A DNA stretch of 64,000 bases from an uncultured Flavobacteriales bacterium (GTDB lineage: Bacteria > Bacteroidota > Bacteroidia > Flavobacteriales > BACL11), in the NCBI GenBank assembly GCA_905478765.1, contig CAJQJY010000014.1:47605-111604 (forward strand), written 5' to 3'. The translations under genes and the position numbers were made by a program. Below, piece by piece: positions 1 to 9,044 of the stretch. The first letter of the stretch is position 1. Each line of letters opens with the position of its first letter. The notes beneath the pieces were generated by a model. The model did not search any database, had not been told where the DNA came from, and saw only the letters and a list, made by a program, of their open reading frames with translations.

Positions 1-24
1 TAAGAATCAAGAAATAGCAAACGC

Positions 25-750
25 ATGATTTTAAGAGCAGATAAAATAGTAAAGTATTATGGAAAAAGGGCAGTAGTTAAAGGTGTTGCAGTTGAGGTAA
101 AGCAAGGTGAGATTGTTGGGCTTTTAGGGCCAAATGGAGCAGGTAAAACAACCTCTTTCTATATGATGGTTGGATTGGTAAAACCAAATGAGGGGAATGT
201 TTATTTAGATAATGTAAATATCACAAAACTTCCTATGTATAAGCGCGCTCAAATGGGTGTTGGTTATTTAGCGCAAGAGGCATCAGTTTTCAGAACAATG
301 AGTGTAGAGGATAATATCTTGGCTGTACTTGAAATGACAGCTCTAAGTAAGAAGGAACAAAAGGAAAAATGTGAATCTTTGCTTGATGAATTTAGCTTGC
401 AAAATGTGCGTAAGAATATGGGAGGATTACTCTCAGGAGGAGAGAGAAGAAGAACAGAGATTGCAAGAGCTTTAGCCACTAACCCAAAGTTTATTTTGCT
501 TGACGAGCCATTTGCAGGTGTTGATCCTATTGCTGTTGAGGATATTCAGCAGATAGTCGCTACTTTAAAAGAAAAGAATATTGGCATCTTGATTACTGAC
601 CATAATGTGCATGAAACTCTAAAAATTACTGATAGAGCATATCTTTTGTTTGAAGGAAATATCCTAAAACAAGGTACTGCTGAGGAGTTAGCAGCTGATG
701 AGCAAGTAAGAAAAGTTTACTTAGGTAAGAATTTTGAGCTTAGGAAATAA
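25..750 (+). CDS. lptB: LPS export ABC transporter ATP-binding protein LptB
   Basis: 241-aa ORF. Walker [13 protein letters not shown] signature LSGGERRR, Walker [12 protein letters not shown]. Size and overall sequence are typical of LptB. Confidence 0.85.
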   Translation: MILRADKIVKYYGKRAVVKGVAVEVKQGEIVGLLGPNGAGKTTSFYMMVGLVKPNEGNVYLDNVNITKLPMYKRAQMGVGYLAQEASVFRTMSVEDNILAVLEMTALSKKEQKEKCESLLDEFSLQNVRKNMGGLLSGGERRRTEIARALATNPKFILLDEPFAGVDPIAVEDIQQIVATLKEKNIGILITDHNVHETLKITDRAYLLFEGNILKQGTAEELAADEQVRKVYLGKNFELRK

Positions 751-1002
751 TTATATTTCCTCTAAAGTAAATTCGTAAGATTCCATAATTTGATTGCAAA
801 GCATTTTTTTGCAAGCTTCATCAACCTTATTACTAGCAATTGCCTTGCTATCCGCTTCAATTTGAAGTGTAATGTGTTTTCCAATTCTTACATTTCCAAT
901 TTCTGATAAACCAACATTTCCCATACTTGCACTTACTGCTTTTCCTTGTGGGTCTAATAATGTTTTAAGAGGCATTACATTTATCTCGGCTGTGAACTTC
1001 AT
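751..1002 (-). CDS. purS: phosphoribosylformylglycinamidine synthase subunit PurS
   Basis: 83-aa ORF with the PurS pattern (LLDPQGKAV ... VRIGKHITLQIEA). Size fits the family. Confidence 0.8.
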   Translation of the reverse strand: MKFTAEINVMPLKTLLDPQGKAVSASMGNVGLSEIGNVRIGKHITLQIEADSKAIASNKVDEACKKMLCNQIMESYEFTLEEI

Positions 1003-1004
1003 AA

Positions 1005-1727
1005 TTATAGTATATTATTTAATAGTGATAAAATCAGGTACAAAATTACAATAAAAGGGATAGCAGCAAACTGAAATACAAAGAATAATATTACAGCACT
1101 TAAGATTAATACTATTCTAAATATATTTAACCTAGTATTTAGGGATTCATTTTTACTATATTTAAGAGAAAATAAAGGCATTTCTACTACTAAGAGTATA
1201 GGCATAATTACAGCTAATATCGAAAGTAATTTTATGTCAGCAAACATGGGGAATACCTCAAAATTAATATGAGGGATTGCTGCAATAAAAATAGCAAGTG
1301 CAGGAGTTGGTAACCCAATAAATGAAGTGGATTGTCTAGTATCAATATTAAAATTAGCCAAGCGATAAGCTGAGAAAATTGGAATTAATAGCGCTAATGT
1401 GGCAGGGTATAAAAGCACATCATTTGTCATGGAGTGTTTTAGTATTGTTCCATTACTCAGGTAAAACATTAAATGAAAAAGAATAAATCCTGGGGCTACC
1501 CCAAAAGTTACCATGTCAGCCATGGAATCCAGTTGTTTGCCGAGATCGCCACTTACTTTTAATAGGCGAGCTGCTAGTCCGTCAAAAAAATCAAAGAAAG
1601 CTCCAGCAAAAATACAGAGTGATGCCATTGTGAGGTCGCCTTGAAAAGCAAAAATTATTGCAAAAAGCCCACAAGTTAAGTTGGCTAGAGTTATGAGATT
1701 AGGAATATTTCTTTTTATTGGGTTCAT
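1005..1727 (-). CDS. pssA: CDP-diacylglycerol--serine O-phosphatidyltransferase (CDP-alcohol phosphatidyltransferase family)
   Basis: CDP-alcohol phosphatidyltransferase motif DGLAARLLKVSGDLGKQLDSMADMV plus multiple TM helices. The ORF-track start at 1964 is an upstream extension overlapping lnt, so I trimmed to the ATG at 1727 (MNPIKRNIPNLITLANL). Confidence 0.7.
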   Translation of the reverse strand: MNPIKRNIPNLITLANLTCGLFAIIFAFQGDLTMASLCIFAGAFFDFFDGLAARLLKVSGDLGKQLDSMADMVTFGVAPGFILFHLMFYLSNGTILKHSMTNDVLLYPATLALLIPIFSAYRLANFNIDTRQSTSFIGLPTPALAIFIAAIPHINFEVFPMFADIKLLSILAVIMPILLVVEMPLFSLKYSKNESLNTRLNIFRIVLILSAVILFFVFQFAAIPFIVILYLILSLLNNIL

Positions 1728-1761
1728 ATTCAGCAAAAATATGATAATATTTGTAAAACTT

Positions 1762-3315
1762 ATGAGAAAACTACTTTTAGCTTTGTTTAGCGGATTACTC
1801 TTGGCATTTTCATGGCCAGAGCGTGGTATATTTCCTTTTCTGTTTTTCGCGTTTTTACCCTTATTAATGTTAGAAGATGAATTGAATAATTTAAATGACA
1901 AGAAGAAGGGAAGAAAAGTATTTTGGCATTCTTTTTTAGCCTTCTTTATTTTTAATGCAATCACTACTTACTGGGTGTATCACGCTACATTATTTGGTGC
2001 AATTGCTGCTTTTATTGTAAATGCAACTTTAATGTCTACTGCTTTTTGGTTGTTTCATAAAGTAAAAAACGCTACTACTAATCGTTTGGGTTATTTATCC
2101 TTTATTGTTCTTTGGATATCTATTGAATATCTTCATTTAAACTGGGATTTATCTTGGCCTTGGCTTACCTTAGGGAATGCTTTTGCAAATGTGCCTGGTG
2201 TTGTTCAGTGGTATGAGTTTACAGGATTTTTAGGAGGTTCTCTTTGGGTACTTTTTGTAAATGTACTGCTTTTTAACTTATATATTTCTGCTGATAAAAA
2301 GAAAGCAATGCTGTTGCCTTTACTAGTTTTATTGTTGCCCTTTTTTGTTTCTTATCATATGTATTCAAATTTTGAAACTGAGAATGAAGATACATTAAAA
2401 GTGCTGATTGTTCAGCCAAATATTGATCCTTATACTGATAAATTCAATGTTGGATACGAAAAGCAATTAGCTGATTTTATTACGCTCTCGAAAACAAAGT
2501 TAACAGCTGAAACTCAGCTTCTAATTGGTCCTGAAACTGCATTGCTTGAAGGGATTTGGGAAAATAAATTGGAAGCAACTTATAGTGTAAGGAAGTTTAG
2601 GGAGTTGCAAAAGGAATTCCCAAAATTGAATGTAATTGTTGGGGCTAGTACTTATAAAATGTTTGGTCATGGCGAGAGAAAAACTACTACTGCTCGTCAG
2701 GTTAGAAATGAAAAAATCTATTATGATGCTTATAATTCAGCAATTTTTATACCTGATAGTGGGTTAGTTGAGGTGTATCATAAAACAAAACTAGTACCTG
2801 GAGTGGAGAAAATGCCTTTTCCGTACATACTTGATCCGTTAGCAAAATTGGCTGTTGATTTGGGTGGAATGAGTGGGTCTTTAGGAAGTTCTAATACCCT
2901 TCATGATTTTGAAGTTGATGGAGTAAATGTTCGCCCTTTAATTTGTTATGAAAGTATTTATGGAGAAATGAATTATCAAAATTCTGCTTTGATTGCAATA
3001 ATTACTAATGATGGTTGGTGGAAGAATACTGCAGGATATAAACAACATTTTTCTTATGCTAGTTTAAGGGCTATTGAACAGAGAAAAGCCATAGTGCGTT
3101 CGGCAAATACTGGGATTTCTGGGGTGATTTCATCTAAAGGTAAGATTTTGCAAGAAACTAATTGGGATGAGGCAATTTGTATTGCTGCTGATGTAAAGTT
3201 GAATAGTAAACCAACTTTCTATGCTCAGTTTGGAAATTATATCGGAAGGCTAAGTATTTTTGTTGCCTTTATGCTTTTGATAGTTACTTTTGTTAAAGGC
3301 AAGTTGAGAAATTAA
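1762..3315 (+). CDS. lnt: apolipoprotein N-acyltransferase
   Basis: Polytopic N-terminal membrane region plus a C-terminal carbon-nitrogen hydrolase domain with catalytic Cys context PLICYESIYGE. Start trimmed from 1681 to the ATG at 1762 (MRKLLLALFSG). Confidence 0.85.
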   Translation: MRKLLLALFSGLLLAFSWPERGIFPFLFFAFLPLLMLEDELNNLNDKKKGRKVFWHSFLAFFIFNAITTYWVYHATLFGAIAAFIVNATLMSTAFWLFHKVKNATTNRLGYLSFIVLWISIEYLHLNWDLSWPWLTLGNAFANVPGVVQWYEFTGFLGGSLWVLFVNVLLFNLYISADKKKAMLLPLLVLLLPFFVSYHMYSNFETENEDTLKVLIVQPNIDPYTDKFNVGYEKQLADFITLSKTKLTAETQLLIGPETALLEGIWENKLEATYSVRKFRELQKEFPKLNVIVGASTYKMFGHGERKTTTARQVRNEKIYYDAYNSAIFIPDSGLVEVYHKTKLVPGVEKMPFPYILDPLAKLAVDLGGMSGSLGSSNTLHDFEVDGVNVRPLICYESIYGEMNYQNSALIAIITNDGWWKNTAGYKQHFSYASLRAIEQRKAIVRSANTGISGVISSKGKILQETNWDEAICIAADVKLNSKPTFYAQFGNYIGRLSIFVAFMLLIVTFVKGKLRN

Positions 3316-3364
3316 AAGCCCACTCTTTTAAGAACAGATTTTAATTATTTTGTAAAATAATAAT

Positions 3365-3628
3365 TTATTCTTCTGTTGTTTCTTTTTCCTCAGTTAAGTC
3401 AATATTGATTTCAATTACAGTATCAATCTCACCTTCTATATCAATATTTTCAATCACTGTATCGACCATGCTGTCAATGTTTAAGTTTTCATCTTCAACT
3501 TTAATTTCAACTCTTATTTCTTTTTTTACTTCTGTTGAGCATTCAGTTTTGTAACAATTTCCCATAAATAAGTACCCTAGTATTCCTATGATAAGAATCC
3601 ATGTTAGTGGCTTTTCAAATTTTACCAT
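3365..3628 (-). CDS. small N-terminally anchored, highly acidic protein of unknown function
   Basis: 87-aa ORF. One N-terminal TM helix (LTWILIIGILGYLFMG) followed by a D/E/I-rich tail with an internal repeat (DTVIENIDIEGE / DTVIEINIDLTE). No recognised family. Confidence 0.35.
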   Translation of the reverse strand: MVKFEKPLTWILIIGILGYLFMGNCYKTECSTEVKKEIRVEIKVEDENLNIDSMVDTVIENIDIEGEIDTVIEINIDLTEEKETTEE

Positions 3629-3674
3629 AATATTTTTTGTGTTGGTTAGTTGTAGCTAAATTAGTAAAAATAAA

Positions 3675-4448
3675 CTACTTCAAATTTTTAGGTATGATAC
3701 AAACAGGAATAGCCTTCATTTTGTGTTGGTTAGCCTTGTTAAGTTGTGTGTAAATTTTAAGCACTTCTCTTTCTCTTTTGTTAAGAGTATTTTTTTCGCC
3801 ATCAAATTGCATTGCCCATTCAAGTTCAGGGTAGGTAGCTCCAATCTGATATTCATCAGTTTTATCATTCTCCCAAAGTCCGTCAGTTGGTGGTGCAATT
3901 AGAATATTATTATCAATGCCTAGTTCTTTTCCAAGTATATAAACTTCCGATTTTAACAAATCAGCAATAGGACTTACATCTACTCCCCCGTCTCCATATT
4001 TGGTAAAAAAACCAATTCCAAAATCCTCAACCTTGTTCCCTGTACCAAGTACAAGTGAATTATTTGCTTGTGCAAAATAATAAAGAGTCGTCATCCTTAG
4101 TCTTGCTCTTGTATTTGCCAAAGCAAGTTCGTGAGTGTTTTTATTATTTGGTAGCTGGCAAATAAACCCATCATATACTGACGTAAGATTAAGTTCTGTT
4201 GAACTCACATTTTGGAAATTCTTTTTTAACCAGTTGATATGCTCTTTTCCTCTTTCAACTTGTTCTTTTTGTTGATGAATTGGCATTTCAATACAGATTA
4301 ATGGTAAACCTGTTTTTGCGGCAAGTGTTGAGGTTACTGCCGAGTCAATGCCTCCTGAAATTCCAATTACAAAACCTTTTGATGCTGATGATTTAGCATA
4401 ATCTGAAAGCCAATTAGTGATGTGAGTAATTACTGCTGTTGTTTTCAT
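3675..4448 (-). CDS. nadE: NH3-dependent NAD+ synthetase
   Basis: PP-loop motif GISGGIDSAV and NadE-length protein. The ORF-track TTG start at 4460 was trimmed to the ATG at 4448 (MKTTAVITHITNWL). Confidence 0.85.
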   Translation of the reverse strand: MKTTAVITHITNWLSDYAKSSASKGFVIGISGGIDSAVTSTLAAKTGLPLICIEMPIHQQKEQVERGKEHINWLKKNFQNVSSTELNLTSVYDGFICQLPNNKNTHELALANTRARLRMTTLYYFAQANNSLVLGTGNKVEDFGIGFFTKYGDGGVDVSPIADLLKSEVYILGKELGIDNNILIAPPTDGLWENDKTDEYQIGATYPELEWAMQFDGEKNTLNKREREVLKIYTQLNKANQHKMKAIPVCIIPKNLK

Positions 4449-4453
4449 ATTTG

Positions 4454-4486
4454 TTTGCAAATGTAATGCAAAACTTATTACTTTTG
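4454..4486 (+). promoter_or_regulatory. candidate Bacteroidota sigma-A promoter for gldB (TTTG-N21-TACTTTTG)
   Basis: TTTG at 4454-4457 and TACTTTTG at 4479-4486 match the -33 TTTG / -7 TAnnTTTG consensus described for Bacteroides and Flavobacterium. The -7 box ends 4 nt before the gldB ATG. Confidence 0.35.
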
Positions 4487-4490
4487 CCCT

Positions 4491-5495
4491 ATGAAGCCTA
4501 TAGTCTTATTTCTCTCTATTACTCTTGTAACTTTTTTAGTAGTATCATTAATTTTTTCATATTTTCCTGTGGATAAAAAAGTGAAATTAAAAGTAAATAG
4601 ATTTGAACAGGAGTTGTTTTCAATTACTAATGATAATTTGATTAAAAAATCAAATTCTTGGAATACTATTTTCGGGTCTTTTACTGAGGTTTTTGCTACA
4701 CAGATTATGAATAGCTCTCAATTGACTACAACTCAGTATTATGATGAGTTGCTAGCTTTTACTCAGCATAAAGATATGCGTGAAGCATATGATTCTACTG
4801 CTATTGTTTTTGATGATTTCAGTGAATTTGAGCATAGTTTGGAATTGGCATTTGGGCAATTTACTAATGAGTTTCCTTCTTATCCTCTTCCTGAGATAAC
4901 TACTTTTTTTGGTGGATTTAATTATGGTGTAGTAACCTATGATAATAATATAGCAATAGGTTTAGAGAATTTTTTAGGTACAAATAGTAAGTTTTATCAG
5001 TTTTTAGGAGATCCTCAATATTTAAGATTTCAAAAACAAAAAAAGTTTATTCTCTCAAATGTGATGGAAGTTTGGTATAATGAGCATTTTCAAAAATATC
5101 TTCTAGGTAGAGATTTACTTTCTCAAATAATAGATAAAGGTAAGGCTATGTATTTTATTGATAAAATGCTTGTTAATATTTCTTTAGAAGATAAGTTTCG
5201 TTTTACAAAATCTCAGATGGATTGGGTTATTAAAAATGAAGCAAGTATATGGGAATTTTTAGTACATGAAGATATGCTTTTTTCAAAGAAAGAAATGGAA
5301 TTTAGGTCATTTGTCAATTATGCTCCATTTGCCAAAGGGATGCCTCAAGAAGCTCCTGGTAGAGTTGCTTATTATATTGGCTATAAAATTGTAAATGAGT
5401 ATATGAATAATAATGAAATTGATATTGAGGAATTGATGTATTTAACAGATTCCAGAAAGTTTTTGCAGGAATCAAAATACAAACCCACAAAATAA
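4491..5495 (+). CDS. gldB: gliding motility protein GldB homologue
   Basis: 334 aa. The C-terminal region (NYAPFAKG...EAPGRVAYYIGYKIVNEYMNNN...SKYKPTK) resembles my recollection of Flavobacterium johnsoniae GldB, and it is followed directly by a gldC-like gene. Confidence 0.7.
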   Translation: MKPIVLFLSITLVTFLVVSLIFSYFPVDKKVKLKVNRFEQELFSITNDNLIKKSNSWNTIFGSFTEVFATQIMNSSQLTTTQYYDELLAFTQHKDMREAYDSTAIVFDDFSEFEHSLELAFGQFTNEFPSYPLPEITTFFGGFNYGVVTYDNNIAIGLENFLGTNSKFYQFLGDPQYLRFQKQKKFILSNVMEVWYNEHFQKYLLGRDLLSQIIDKGKAMYFIDKMLVNISLEDKFRFTKSQMDWVIKNEASIWEFLVHEDMLFSKKEMEFRSFVNYAPFAKGMPQEAPGRVAYYIGYKIVNEYMNNNEIDIEELMYLTDSRKFLQESKYKPTK

Positions 5496-5499
5496 AATT

Positions 5500-5820
5500 A
5501 TGAAACAAACTTTAAAATTTGAAGTTGAGTTAGATGAAAATCATTTACCAACAAATATAAAAATGGATGCAACTGGTGGTGCAGATGAGGATAATATCAA
5601 AGCATTAATGATATCAGCTTGGGCTGCAAAAACTAAGGAAACTTTGCGTATAGATTTATGGACAAAAAATATGCCTGTTAATGAGATGTTTATAATGTAT
5701 CATCAGACTATGATGGGGATGGCAGGTAGTTTGGAAAAAGCAACAGGACATGATAAGCTCGCTGGTGCTTTACGAGACTATTGTGAATTTTTTGCTGAGC
5801 AAACAAAGATTAAAGGGTAA
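5500..5820 (+). CDS. gldC: gliding motility-associated protein GldC homologue
   Basis: 106 aa. The N-terminus KFEVELDENHLPTNIKMDATGG resembles GldC, and the gene sits immediately downstream of gldB as in F. johnsoniae. Confidence 0.65.
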   Translation: MKQTLKFEVELDENHLPTNIKMDATGGADEDNIKALMISAWAAKTKETLRIDLWTKNMPVNEMFIMYHQTMMGMAGSLEKATGHDKLAGALRDYCEFFAEQTKIKG

Positions 5821-6429
5821 TTACCTTACCTCTTTAAAATGTGGATTAAGCTTTTCAATATAGTCTGCAATTTCTTGCGTTCCCATTTTCTTTTCAGATG
5901 AGGTGACAAATGTTTCTGGAAGTTCTTCCCATTCTTTTTGCATCTCACTTTTGTACGCTTCAATTTGTTTATTGAGGGCTATCTTCCCTAGTTTATCTGC
6001 TTTGGTAAATATTATTACAAACGGAATTCCTTTTTCGGCTAGCCACTGCATAAATTCTTGATCAATTGCTTGTGGTTTGTGCCTGCAATCAACTAACACG
6101 AAAAGGCACATTAAATTTGTTCTATTTGTTAAGTAATTGCTAATCATATCATGAAACTGAGCTCTCAATGATTTAGGAATCTTTGCGTAACCAAATCCTG
6201 GTAAATCAACTAAATACCATTCTTTGTTAATTAGAAAATGATTTATTAATTGGGTTTTCCCTGGCTTTCCTGATGTTTTGGCAAGATTTCTGTGATTAAC
6301 TAATGCGTTTATCAAAGATGATTTCCCGACATTTGACCTTCCAATAAATGCGTATTCTGGCATTTTTGGAGCAGGACAAATTCTGTAATCACTATTACTA
6401 ATTACAAATTCTGAAGTTTTAATCTTCAT
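5821..6429 (-). CDS. engB: ribosome biogenesis GTP-binding protein EngB/YsxC/YihA
   Basis: G1 motif [15 protein letters not shown]3 DLPGFGYA, G4 TKADK. 202 aa. Confidence 0.85.
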   Translation of the reverse strand: MKIKTSEFVISNSDYRICPAPKMPEYAFIGRSNVGKSSLINALVNHRNLAKTSGKPGKTQLINHFLINKEWYLVDLPGFGYAKIPKSLRAQFHDMISNYLTNRTNLMCLFVLVDCRHKPQAIDQEFMQWLAEKGIPFVIIFTKADKLGKIALNKQIEAYKSEMQKEWEELPETFVTSSEKKMGTQEIADYIEKLNPHFKEVR

Positions 6430-6435
6430 GAATAG

Positions 6436-7188
6436 TTAAAATCTTTTTTTAAGAAATTCTAGTACTAACTCACTAAATCTTTTTGGGTGTTCCCACATTG
6501 CAGCATGTCCGCATAATGGAATCCAATTGAGTTCAGAGTCAGGAAGTAGTTTGTGGAATTCCTCAGCCACATGAGGTGGAGTTACTTTGTCTTCAGCTCC
6601 CCATATTAATGACACAGGCTTATTAATATTTGGGATATCTTCAGCCATATTGTGCCTAATAGCAGATTTTGCATATCCTAATAGTTTTAGGATTGACATT
6701 CTGTTGTTTGCAATTTCAAATACTCTATCTACTAAGTCGTCAGTTGCTACTTTTGGGTCGTAAAATACTTCTTCTGTTTTTACTCTTATATAGTCTTTAT
6801 CTCCTCTTCTTGGAAAAGAATTTCCCATTGAACTTTCAAATAAACCTGAACTTCCAGTTAAAATTAAACCATCTACTTTTATAGGATGATCTTTTGCAAA
6901 TATTAAGCCGATATGCCCCCCCATAGAATTTCCCATTAGTACTGCGCTTTCTAATCCTAAATGCTCCATGAATTCATAAAGGTAATCACTAAGTCCTTTT
7001 ACTGACACTTTAAGTAATTTGCCTTCAAATAACTTAAGATCTAAACCATAAACCTTGTACTCCTCAGAAATATAATCTACCATTTCACCAAAGTTCTCCA
7101 CACCACCCATTAAACCATGTAGTAAGATGATTGGTTGTCCTTTAGTTCCTTCTTCAAGCCATTTAAATTTTCCCTCTTCCTTAACCAT
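6436..7188 (-). CDS. alpha/beta-fold hydrolase
   Basis: HG oxyanion motif (ILLHGLMGG), nucleophile elbow GNSMGG and a C-terminal His context (CGHAAMWEHP). Confidence 0.75.
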   Translation of the reverse strand: MVKEEGKFKWLEEGTKGQPIILLHGLMGGVENFGEMVDYISEEYKVYGLDLKLFEGKLLKVSVKGLSDYLYEFMEHLGLESAVLMGNSMGGHIGLIFAKDHPIKVDGLILTGSSGLFESSMGNSFPRRGDKDYIRVKTEEVFYDPKVATDDLVDRVFEIANNRMSILKLLGYAKSAIRHNMAEDIPNINKPVSLIWGAEDKVTPPHVAEEFHKLLPDSELNWIPLCGHAAMWEHPKRFSELVLEFLKKRF

Positions 7189-7295
7189 GTTTAGTTGTAG
7201 ATTTTATACTGCAAATAAACGAAAATATTTGTTAATAGCAACGCCTAGGTTAAAATGAGCTCAAAACAGGATGTTGTGGTGGAAGTTATCAACAA

Positions 7296-7322
7296 AGTGG
7301 GGTTAAGTGGGGAATAGTGGGG
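7296..7322 (+). promoter_or_regulatory. putative MraZ operator: three direct AGTGGGG repeats at 10-bp phasing
   Basis: AGTGGGG occurs at 7296-7302, 7306-7312 and 7316-7322, about 40 bp upstream of the mraZ start. It resembles the phased TGGGN / AAAGTGG MraZ boxes known from E. coli and Mollicutes. Confidence 0.6.
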
Positions 7323-7362
7323 TTTATTCGTATATTAGCACCCAGATTTAAACAAGAACAAA

Positions 7363-7839
7363 GTGATTAATATAATTGGAACATACGAATGTAAAGCAGA
7401 TGCCAAAGGGCGTGTAATGTTTCCCGCTGCTTTAAAAAAACAGTTGCAAAAAGTGCTTGGAGATGGTTTCGTAATTAAACGTTCAGTTTTTAATCATTGT
7501 TTGGAGATTCATCCTATGCAAGAATGGAATGAAGTTGTTGGGCACGTAAATAAGCTGAATCGTTTTGTTAAAAAGAATAATGATTTTATCAGATCCTATA
7601 TGGCTGGATTGAAAGTAGTTGATGTAGATGGCTCTGGTAGGTTCTTAATTCCTAAGGATTTATTGTCTTTTGCTGGATTGCAAAAACAAATTGTCCTTTC
7701 ATCATCAGTAAATAGGATTGAGATTTGGGATAAAGATAAATATGAAAGTTCAGTGGCTGAATCTTTAAAGGATTTTGGTGATTTAGCTGAAGAGGTGATG
7801 GGTAATCAACCATTAGACGGATCGGATGGGATATCATAG
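7363..7839 (+). CDS. mraZ: division/cell wall cluster transcriptional regulator MraZ
   Basis: 158 aa with the duplicated SpoVT/AbrB-like pattern (DAKGRVMFPAALKK ... DGSGRFLIPKDLL). First gene of the dcw cluster. GTG start. Confidence 0.9.
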   Translation: MINIIGTYECKADAKGRVMFPAALKKQLQKVLGDGFVIKRSVFNHCLEIHPMQEWNEVVGHVNKLNRFVKKNNDFIRSYMAGLKVVDVDGSGRFLIPKDLLSFAGLQKQIVLSSSVNRIEIWDKDKYESSVAESLKDFGDLAEEVMGNQPLDGSDGIS

Positions 7840-8731
7840 TCCAGTATTGTTAAACCAATGTATTGAAGGGTTAAATATAAAGCCCACAGGAATTTATGTT
7901 GATGTCACTTTTGGTGGTGGTGGTCATTCTAAAGAAATAATGAAACATCTGGATGGAGGTAAATTATTTGCGTTTGATCAGGATGCGGATGCACATAAAA
8001 ATAATTTGGAGCAAGATGGGTTTAAATTGATTGATGCAAACTTTAGCTATCTAAGGAATTTTTTAAGAATGGAAGGGGTAAAAAAAGTTGATGGGATTCT
8101 AGCTGATCTGGGAGTTTCTTCTCATCAATTTGATGTTGCTGAAAGAGGTTTTTCTACTCGATTTGAAGCAGAATTGGATATGCGAATGAACTCTAAATCT
8201 GATTTATCGGCAAAGGAAATAGTAAATAATTATTCTGAAGAAAATTTGGCTAATGTTCTTTATAAATACGGAGAGTTAAAAAACTCAAGAAGAATAGCCA
8301 GGGAAATTGTAAACGCAAGACAAGTTGAAAAGATTAATACTACTACCGAACTTATTTTTGTAGTTGCAAAAATAGTTCCTGAAAAATATAGAAATCAGTT
8401 TTTGGCTCGAATTTTCCAAGCAATTAGAATAGAAGTGAATGATGAGATTGTTGCTTTGGAGGAAATGCTTTTAAGTGCAGTGGATATGTTAAAGCCTGGA
8501 GGAAGATTGGTAGTGCTTTCTTATCATTCTTTAGAGGATAGATTGGTTAAAAACCTAATGAAGAAAGGGAATTTGGAAGGAAATGCAGAGAAAGATTTTT
8601 TTGGCAATCCGATTAAAGATTTAAAAGAAATAAATAGAAAAGTAATTGTTGCTACTGCTGATGAGATAAAAAAAAATTCAAGAGCAAGAAGCGCAAAATT
8701 AAGAATAGCTGAAAAATCAAATGACAACTAA
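7826..8731 (+). CDS. rsmH: 16S rRNA (cytosine1402-N4)-methyltransferase RsmH/MraW
   Basis: YHSPVLL N-terminus, SAM-binding DVTFGGGGHS, conserved dcw position. Overlaps mraZ by 14 nt. Confidence 0.9.
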   Translation: MGYHSPVLLNQCIEGLNIKPTGIYVDVTFGGGGHSKEIMKHLDGGKLFAFDQDADAHKNNLEQDGFKLIDANFSYLRNFLRMEGVKKVDGILADLGVSSHQFDVAERGFSTRFEAELDMRMNSKSDLSAKEIVNNYSEENLANVLYKYGELKNSRRIAREIVNARQVEKINTTTELIFVVAKIVPEKYRNQFLARIFQAIRIEVNDEIVALEEMLLSAVDMLKPGGRLVVLSYHSLEDRLVKNLMKKGNLEGNAEKDFFGNPIKDLKEINRKVIVATADEIKKNSRARSAKLRIAEKSNDN

Positions 8732-9044
8732 AAAAGACACATCAAATACACTTATCTCAATTATGAGGGGGGAGTTTATTGCTGAAGAAAGCAATAGAAA
8801 ATATGTGCCTTTTTTATTAATGATAGTTTTTTTGGTTTTGGTAAATATCAGTTCTTCTTTCCGAGCAGAAAAATTATTAAAGCAATCTATTTCATTAGAA
8901 AAAGAAGTAGCTGATTTAAGGTTGATTTATATTACTACAAAATCTGATTTGATGAGTATGTACAGGAGGTCGGTAATTGAAAATGTTGTGAATGACCATG
9001 GCTTAAAAACATCATTAACTCCTCCCATAATCATTGAAAAATAG
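8721..9044 (+). CDS. ftsL: FtsL-like cell division protein
   Basis: 107 aa, single TM (VPFLLMIVFLVLVNI) followed by a coiled-coil-like segment. Lies between rsmH and ftsI. Called on position and topology only. Confidence 0.65.
   Translation: MTTKKDTSNTLISIMRGEFIAEESNRKYVPFLLMIVFLVLVNISSSFRAEKLLKQSISLEKEVADLRLIYITTKSDLMSMYRRSVIENVVNDHGLKTSLTPPIIIEK

Noticed and set aside
1681-1964. The ORF track suggests pssA extends to 1964 and lnt starts at 1681, implying a 284-nt antisense overlap.
   Set aside because: Both extensions encode implausible K/N/F-rich leaders. Family-typical N-termini begin at the internal ATGs 1727 (minus strand) and 1762 (plus strand), which leaves a 34-bp divergent spacer.
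3312-3331. Possible terminator hairpin TTAAAAG-cccact-CTTTTAA between the convergent lnt and the small acidic-protein ORF.
   Set aside because: The stem is almost entirely A-T with no clear flanking T-run on either strand, so stability is doubtful.
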